A DNA stretch of 64,000 bases from an uncultured archaeon (GTDB lineage Archaea; Thermoplasmatota; Thermoplasmata; Thermoplasmatales; Thermoplasmataceae): NCBI GenBank assembly GCA_000965745.1, contig CP009479.1, positions 2,112,001 to 2,176,000 on the forward strand, given 5' to 3'. The position numbers and the translations under genes were made by a program. Shown here in pieces: positions 59,564-64,000 of this stretch (the first letter of the stretch is position 1; each line of letters opens with the position of its first letter). A model generated the notes under the pieces. It searched no databases and was not told the origin of the DNA. It was given only the letters and a program-made list of their open reading frames with translations.

Positions 59564-59594
59564 TAATACGTATTACTAAAGAAGGTATATAAAA
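59564..59594 (-). promoter_or_regulatory. Promoter of the hypothetical/TFB-like operon with palindrome near the start site
   Basis: TTTTATATA 59594-59586; perfect palindrome TAATACGTATTA 59564-59575 overlapping GTATTAC 59570-59576. Confidence 0.55.
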
Positions 59595-59787
59595 GTTACG
59601 CCATTTTTTTCATCAAAATTATTAAATAGGGATGATGCTTTGTTTCAAATTGTACCTGTCTTTTAAATACTCGATATCAAAAATTCGACAAAAATGAACA
59701 AAACATTCACATTTCAAAAATATGAGAACCGGTAAAACCAGTTAAAATTGTCCAATTAAGTATTAGAATAATTGGACTCAGGTCAGA

Positions 59788-60219
59788 TTACAAAGTAAGT
59801 TCAAGCTCCACTTTGGCCATGTTGCCGAACACAATAGTGTCCTTGTCTGGACAGTCCACAGGGAGAGAGAGCGACTTGTTCTCCTTGAGAGATTTGAACG
59901 CGTCCAGAAACCTTCCAAGGTCGTTGCGGCTATCATGTATAATGAGGAAGTTCCTGGTGCCCGGCGTAACGCCGACTGCCCCATAAGCCTTAGGTATCTG
60001 AGAGTGCCCGGAAAGATATAGCATCAGTAGAGTTGCGTCATCCCTGACCTTTTTCCCCCTGTTCCGGTCCACATGTTCCATGGCAGCCCTGATTTGAACT
60101 TCAGAAAAGATCTTGTTTCTGTCCAACACGGCAAAAAAATTTTCAGCAGTCCGTAAAAAATCACGGACCTTGTTTGATTCCAGAGATATATTTGAACTGA
60201 GATATGTGAAATCAGGCAA
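59788..60219 (-). CDS. cgi121: KEOPS complex subunit Cgi121-like
   Basis: [20 protein letters not shown] resembles the Cgi121 LLYxSGxRQIxxA motif; size fits. Confidence 0.7.
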   Translation of the reverse strand: MPDFTYLSSNISLESNKVRDFLRTAENFFAVLDRNKIFSEVQIRAAMEHVDRNRGKKVRDDATLLMLYLSGHSQIPKAYGAVGVTPGTRNFLIIHDSRNDLGRFLDAFKSLKENKSLSLPVDCPDKDTIVFGNMAKVELELTL

Positions 60220-62164
60220 CGTTTGTTCCTGCCCTTCCTTTCGGTGGGCCGAATTTTTTAGCGTTGAGGAATTCAGCTATTCTTCCGAAGAACCTCTGCC
60301 TCTCAGGTGAGGGGACGAGCGAGTTTTCGAGAACATCCTGGATGTTTGCTGCCGGAATTATTTCTATCTTCCCCATATGCTCCTGGTCAAGGACTATGTC
60401 CCCGAGGTTGGCTGCAGGCACTATTACTCTCTTCAGGCCGGAGTCTATGGCAGCTTCAATCTTTGCACTGACCCCTCCAACAGGAAGGACGTTTCCCCTT
60501 ACACTGAGGGAGCCTGTCATGGCAACCTCCTGGTCTACTGGTATGTCCTCCATTGCAGATATCACTGCAGTTGCGATGGAAATGCTTGCCGAATCTCCTT
60601 CCACACCTTCGTATGTGCCGACAAACTGTATGTGAATGTCGACGTCTGAGATGTCCTTGCCACTCATCTTCTTAAAGACAGCAGAGACGTTCTGGACCGC
60701 TTCCTTTGCAATATCGCCGAGCTTTCCCGTTGCGATTACAGTGCCGTTGCCCTTATGCTGCGCAGGGGTAACCTCAGCAACTATTGGCATCACGATTCCA
60801 GTATATTCTGCCATTCCAGAGCCGCCACCCATAACAGCCAGGCCGTTGATTGTCCCGATAGCCTCTCCTTCACTGAGGAAGGTCTTGTAGACTTTCTTGA
60901 TCTCTATAGCCTTGTCAGCTACCTGCTGCTCGAGAGGCTTACTCAGAGCCCTTGCCCTTATCACGTGTTTTGCATTCACTATGGATGCGTTCTCGGATAT
61001 TGCAATGTCACCAGCAACACGTATCAGACCACCAAGTTCCCTGAGCCTGAGGGTAAGCTTTCCTCTTCTTCCGGAGCGTTTCTGCGCTTCCTTGATTATC
61101 TCGATGACTGCAGATGTGTCAAAGTGTGGTATTTTTTTGTCCTTTGAGATTTCCTGGGCTATGAACTGAACCAGTTTTGTCCTGTTGTCATCGTTGTCAT
61201 TCATTGTGTTGTTGACATATACTTCGTAACCGTAGCCCCTTATCCTTGACCTCAGTGCCGGGTGTATACCCTGAACTGCGTCCAGATTCCCGGCAGCAAC
61301 AAGAACAAAGTCACATGGGACCGGTTCGGTCTGCACCATTGCACCAGCACTTCTCTCACTCTGACCCGATATCGGGAATTTCTTCTCCTGCATAGCAGTA
61401 AGGAGAGCCTGCTGGCTTTCTGGCCTCAACAGGTTCATTTCATCCACGAAAAGGACTCCCCTGTGGGCCTTGTGGATATTCCCCGCTTCTACCCTGTCGT
61501 GAGACGGAGTTTCCAGTCCCCCGGACTGAAAGGGATCGTGCCTGACGTCTCCGAGCAGTGCTCCGGAGTGTGCGCCTGTTGAATCCACGAAGGGCGGCTT
61601 GTCGCTGCCCGTGTGTGAAACGAGTAATTTCGGGATTAACGCCCGTTCGCTTCTCATTGCAGGATTAAAAGCCAGTGCCATGTAGATGAAAGCGGCTGCC
61701 ATAATTGCAAAGAATATGACTGTCCACTGCCCCAGGACCACGGCTGCGATAATTCCCAGGAATATTACCGAGAAAATTATGAACATTACCCCCCTGGACC
61801 TGTCTTTCTTTTCCCTTTCAGCCTTTATCTGGTACTGCCTGACTATCTCCTTGCCTTTTCCGGCAGGAAGCGTCTTGACCTTTGGTCTGTTGTTGTCCTC
61901 GGGATTAGGGAGGATCATAATGTCTTCCAGCTCTTCCTTTGGCAGAAAGTCCACCATTGATTGAGCCAGCATGGATTTCCCAGTTCCGGGATCTCCTATA
62001 AGTAGGACATGCCTCTTTTGCAGGGCAGCTTTTTTGACTACCTGCCCAGCTTCATCCTGTCCTATTACTTGATCGAAAAGAACCTTGGGTATTTGTACAT
62101 CCTTTGTGCTTTCTATGTTTAGCTTGGATACCCATTGTTCTACTTCTTCCATTTCTTCTTGCAC
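60212..62164 (-). CDS. lonB: Membrane-bound ATP-dependent protease LonB
   Basis: [10 protein letters not shown] insert, [30 protein letters not shown]. Confidence 0.97.
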   Translation of the reverse strand: MQEEMEEVEQWVSKLNIESTKDVQIPKVLFDQVIGQDEAGQVVKKAALQKRHVLLIGDPGTGKSMLAQSMVDFLPKEELEDIMILPNPEDNNRPKVKTLPAGKGKEIVRQYQIKAEREKKDRSRGVMFIIFSVIFLGIIAAVVLGQWTVIFFAIMAAAFIYMALAFNPAMRSERALIPKLLVSHTGSDKPPFVDSTGAHSGALLGDVRHDPFQSGGLETPSHDRVEAGNIHKAHRGVLFVDEMNLLRPESQQALLTAMQEKKFPISGQSERSAGAMVQTEPVPCDFVLVAAGNLDAVQGIHPALRSRIRGYGYEVYVNNTMNDNDDNRTKLVQFIAQEISKDKKIPHFDTSAVIEIIKEAQKRSGRRGKLTLRLRELGGLIRVAGDIAISENASIVNAKHVIRARALSKPLEQQVADKAIEIKKVYKTFLSEGEAIGTINGLAVMGGGSGMAEYTGIVMPIVAEVTPAQHKGNGTVIATGKLGDIAKEAVQNVSAVFKKMSGKDISDVDIHIQFVGTYEGVEGDSASISIATAVISAMEDIPVDQEVAMTGSLSVRGNVLPVGGVSAKIEAAIDSGLKRVIVPAANLGDIVLDQEHMGKIEIIPAANIQDVLENSLVPSPERQRFFGRIAEFLNAKKFGPPKGRAGTNVA

Positions 62165-62280
62165 GATACTTCATCTAAATTTAATAAATAAGCCTTTCCT
62201 ATTATTAGGGAGACAGAAAACGAAACGATTTTTCCCCGGTTTATAAAATCAAAATGGAAAAGTGGCTGTTGACTGTAAAA

Positions 62281-62628
62281 TTACCCTATTTCAACAGCGA
62301 AGACTTTCCTCTGGTTAAACATGTTCTTCAGGGCTTTTACGTCCTCAATATATTCCATGTTTACCTTGAAGTACTTGAACCCGTTCTTTGTCTGCTCGAC
62401 GTTGACAAGGCCAAGGCCGCATAGCGATTCCTCGCCGGTATACCTGACGCCTAGACCCTCAAGACAGCCTTTTACGTTTGAAGGATCGGACTTTATAGCT
62501 CTCGAAATCTCTGAAAGGTATGAACGGTACGGATAGATCGAAAGGAGGTAGAAGAGAACCTTTCTTCTGAGTTCGCTTCTGTTTAATGATCTTATGACGT
62601 TGCCGTCTGCCACTAGTTCCATATCCAT
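62281..62628 (-). CDS. earA: EarA-family archaellum transcriptional activator
   Basis: VIRSLNRSELRRKVLFYL..YLSEISRAIKSDPSNVKGCL.G.G.RY..SL..LGLV wHTH pattern of the EarA family. Confidence 0.8.
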   Translation of the reverse strand: MDMELVADGNVIRSLNRSELRRKVLFYLLSIYPYRSYLSEISRAIKSDPSNVKGCLEGLGVRYTGEESLCGLGLVNVEQTKNGFKYFKVNMEYIEDVKALKNMFNQRKVFAVEIG

Positions 62629-62842
62629 AAATGGCTTAGGGTGTATTTAAAATTTTTTTTCATCACAATTATATGTCGTACGAAATACAGATAGTCATAC
62701 CGTAACACCTACATAAACGGCATTCGCCGATTGGATTTTTGTCTGACATTACGCCTGCCCAGCAACATTGTGGCCATCAGCATTAATGTAAGATCAGAGT
62801 TTCTGAGCATATAATATTTTATTCGATTAGATATCCCCTTTC

Positions 62843-63946
62843 GTGGCATTTGTTGCTGGAAAATCATTAAAACTCTCAATATTCGGAAGTTCGCATGGAG
62901 ATCTTGTAGGATGCAGCCTCGACGGGTTGCCCGCGGGCCTGAAGATAGATGAAGATAATATCAGGAAATGGCTCAGCAGGAGAAGGCCTTCGCAAAGTGA
63001 GTACACCACACAGAGGAAGGAAAAGGATGTTGCAGAGATTGTGTCGGGTATGACGGACGGCTACACGGACGGAGGCCCGGTCACCATCCTCATACGAAAC
63101 GAGGACAGGATATCAGCCCATTATGAAGAGATGAGATTCAAGCCCAGGCCAGGCCACGGGGACCTGACGCTTTTTTACAAATACGGCGAACACAGGAATT
63201 ACAAGGGTGGCGGTTTCCTCTCCGGAAGAATGACTGCCCCACTTGTTGCAGCTGGTGCAATAACAACCCAGCTGCTTGACAGATACGGCGTGACTGTGTC
63301 CTCCTACATAGAAAAAATTGGCGATGCAAGAACCTCAATGACAGAGAACGATGTCGGGCCGGATTTCGCTTATGAGTACAAGACGAGAATGCCGGATGCG
63401 GACTCCGATGCCATTGCTGACGGAATCCTCAAGGCACTGCTGAAAGATGGCGACAGCATAGGGGGAAGCATAAAGACCGTAGTGAGGAGCCCTCCCAGAG
63501 GTATTGGGGAGCCGTTTTATGATTCAGTGGAAAGCAGCCTCTCGAGGATGATGTTCTCAATTCCCGGGCTCAAGGGAATCGAGTTTGGTGCTGGGTTCAG
63601 GTTTTCGGGCCTGAAAGGTTCAGAAGCCAACGATGTATATTTCCTCGAGAACGGAGATGTGAAAACACGGAGCAACAACAATGGCGGGATACTTGGAGGC
63701 ATAACCAACGGAATGCCCATAGTATTCAGTGTTGTAATGAAGCCAACTTCTTCCATCAGGAAGGAGCAGTCAACAGTAAACTTGAAAACCTGGAAGGAGG
63801 ATGCCCTCAGGATAGTCGGAAGGCATGACCCCTGCATCGCAATAAGGGCCGTCCCCGTAGTACAGACGCTGACTTCTGTGGCAATAGCAGACCTGATGCT
63901 TCAAAACCAGAACATCCCGCGGGTCCTAGATGATGGAGAGGAATGA
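62843..63946 (+). CDS. aroC: Chorismate synthase
   Basis: FGSSHG, PRPGHGD, SGRMTA, NNNGGILGG, KPTSSI, GRHDPC. Confidence 0.96.
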   Translation: MAFVAGKSLKLSIFGSSHGDLVGCSLDGLPAGLKIDEDNIRKWLSRRRPSQSEYTTQRKEKDVAEIVSGMTDGYTDGGPVTILIRNEDRISAHYEEMRFKPRPGHGDLTLFYKYGEHRNYKGGGFLSGRMTAPLVAAGAITTQLLDRYGVTVSSYIEKIGDARTSMTENDVGPDFAYEYKTRMPDADSDAIADGILKALLKDGDSIGGSIKTVVRSPPRGIGEPFYDSVESSLSRMMFSIPGLKGIEFGAGFRFSGLKGSEANDVYFLENGDVKTRSNNNGGILGGITNGMPIVFSVVMKPTSSIRKEQSTVNLKTWKEDALRIVGRHDPCIAIRAVPVVQTLTSVAIADLMLQNQNIPRVLDDGEE

Positions 63947-64000
63947 GTCGAATATGACTATGGAAGTGATTATTGACAGTGGGATGGCGAGCATCAGGGT

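Noticed and set aside
63954-64000. Start of the next ORF (MTMEVIIDSGMASIR), possibly aroA
   Set aside because: Only 15 codons visible; identity cannot be supported
1-64000. CRISPR arrays, cas genes, rRNA genes, intact transposases
   Set aside because: No regularly spaced repeats or matching motifs seen by eye

Overview
Archaeal chromosomal segment, most consistent with a Thermoplasmatales member (archaellum operon without che genes, TiaS, Hel308, LonB, Cgi121, archaeal ApgM, SoxL/SoxC-like Rieske-cytochrome b pair). It holds a complete arlB-C-D/E-F-G-H-I-J operon followed by a giant TPR protein and an M50 protease, a tRNA-modification/lipid operon, ahcY-apgM, serS, a GltD/SudA-like flavoprotein next to TauE, pdxS, a Rieske-cyt b pair, tRNA-Val(TAC) with a decayed ~6.4 kb integrated element, a mycobacterial Sdh1-like (type F) succinate dehydrogenase operon, hsp20 with its probable repressor and operator, eno, a zinc-ribbon-less TFB paralog, lonB, an EarA-family regulator and aroC. 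The most notable unannotated signals are: (1) a recurring GTMNKAC/TGTCWGACA palindrome at several promoters, pointing to a regulon of the tandem RHH (CdrS-like) protein that includes earA and the truncated TFB operon; (2) the N-terminally truncated TFB; (3) three operon-internal genes whose N-termini lack an in-frame ATG/GTG/TTG; (4) a casposon-type PolB remnant inside the tRNA-Val island. All family calls come from motif recognition by eye; no database searches were run.
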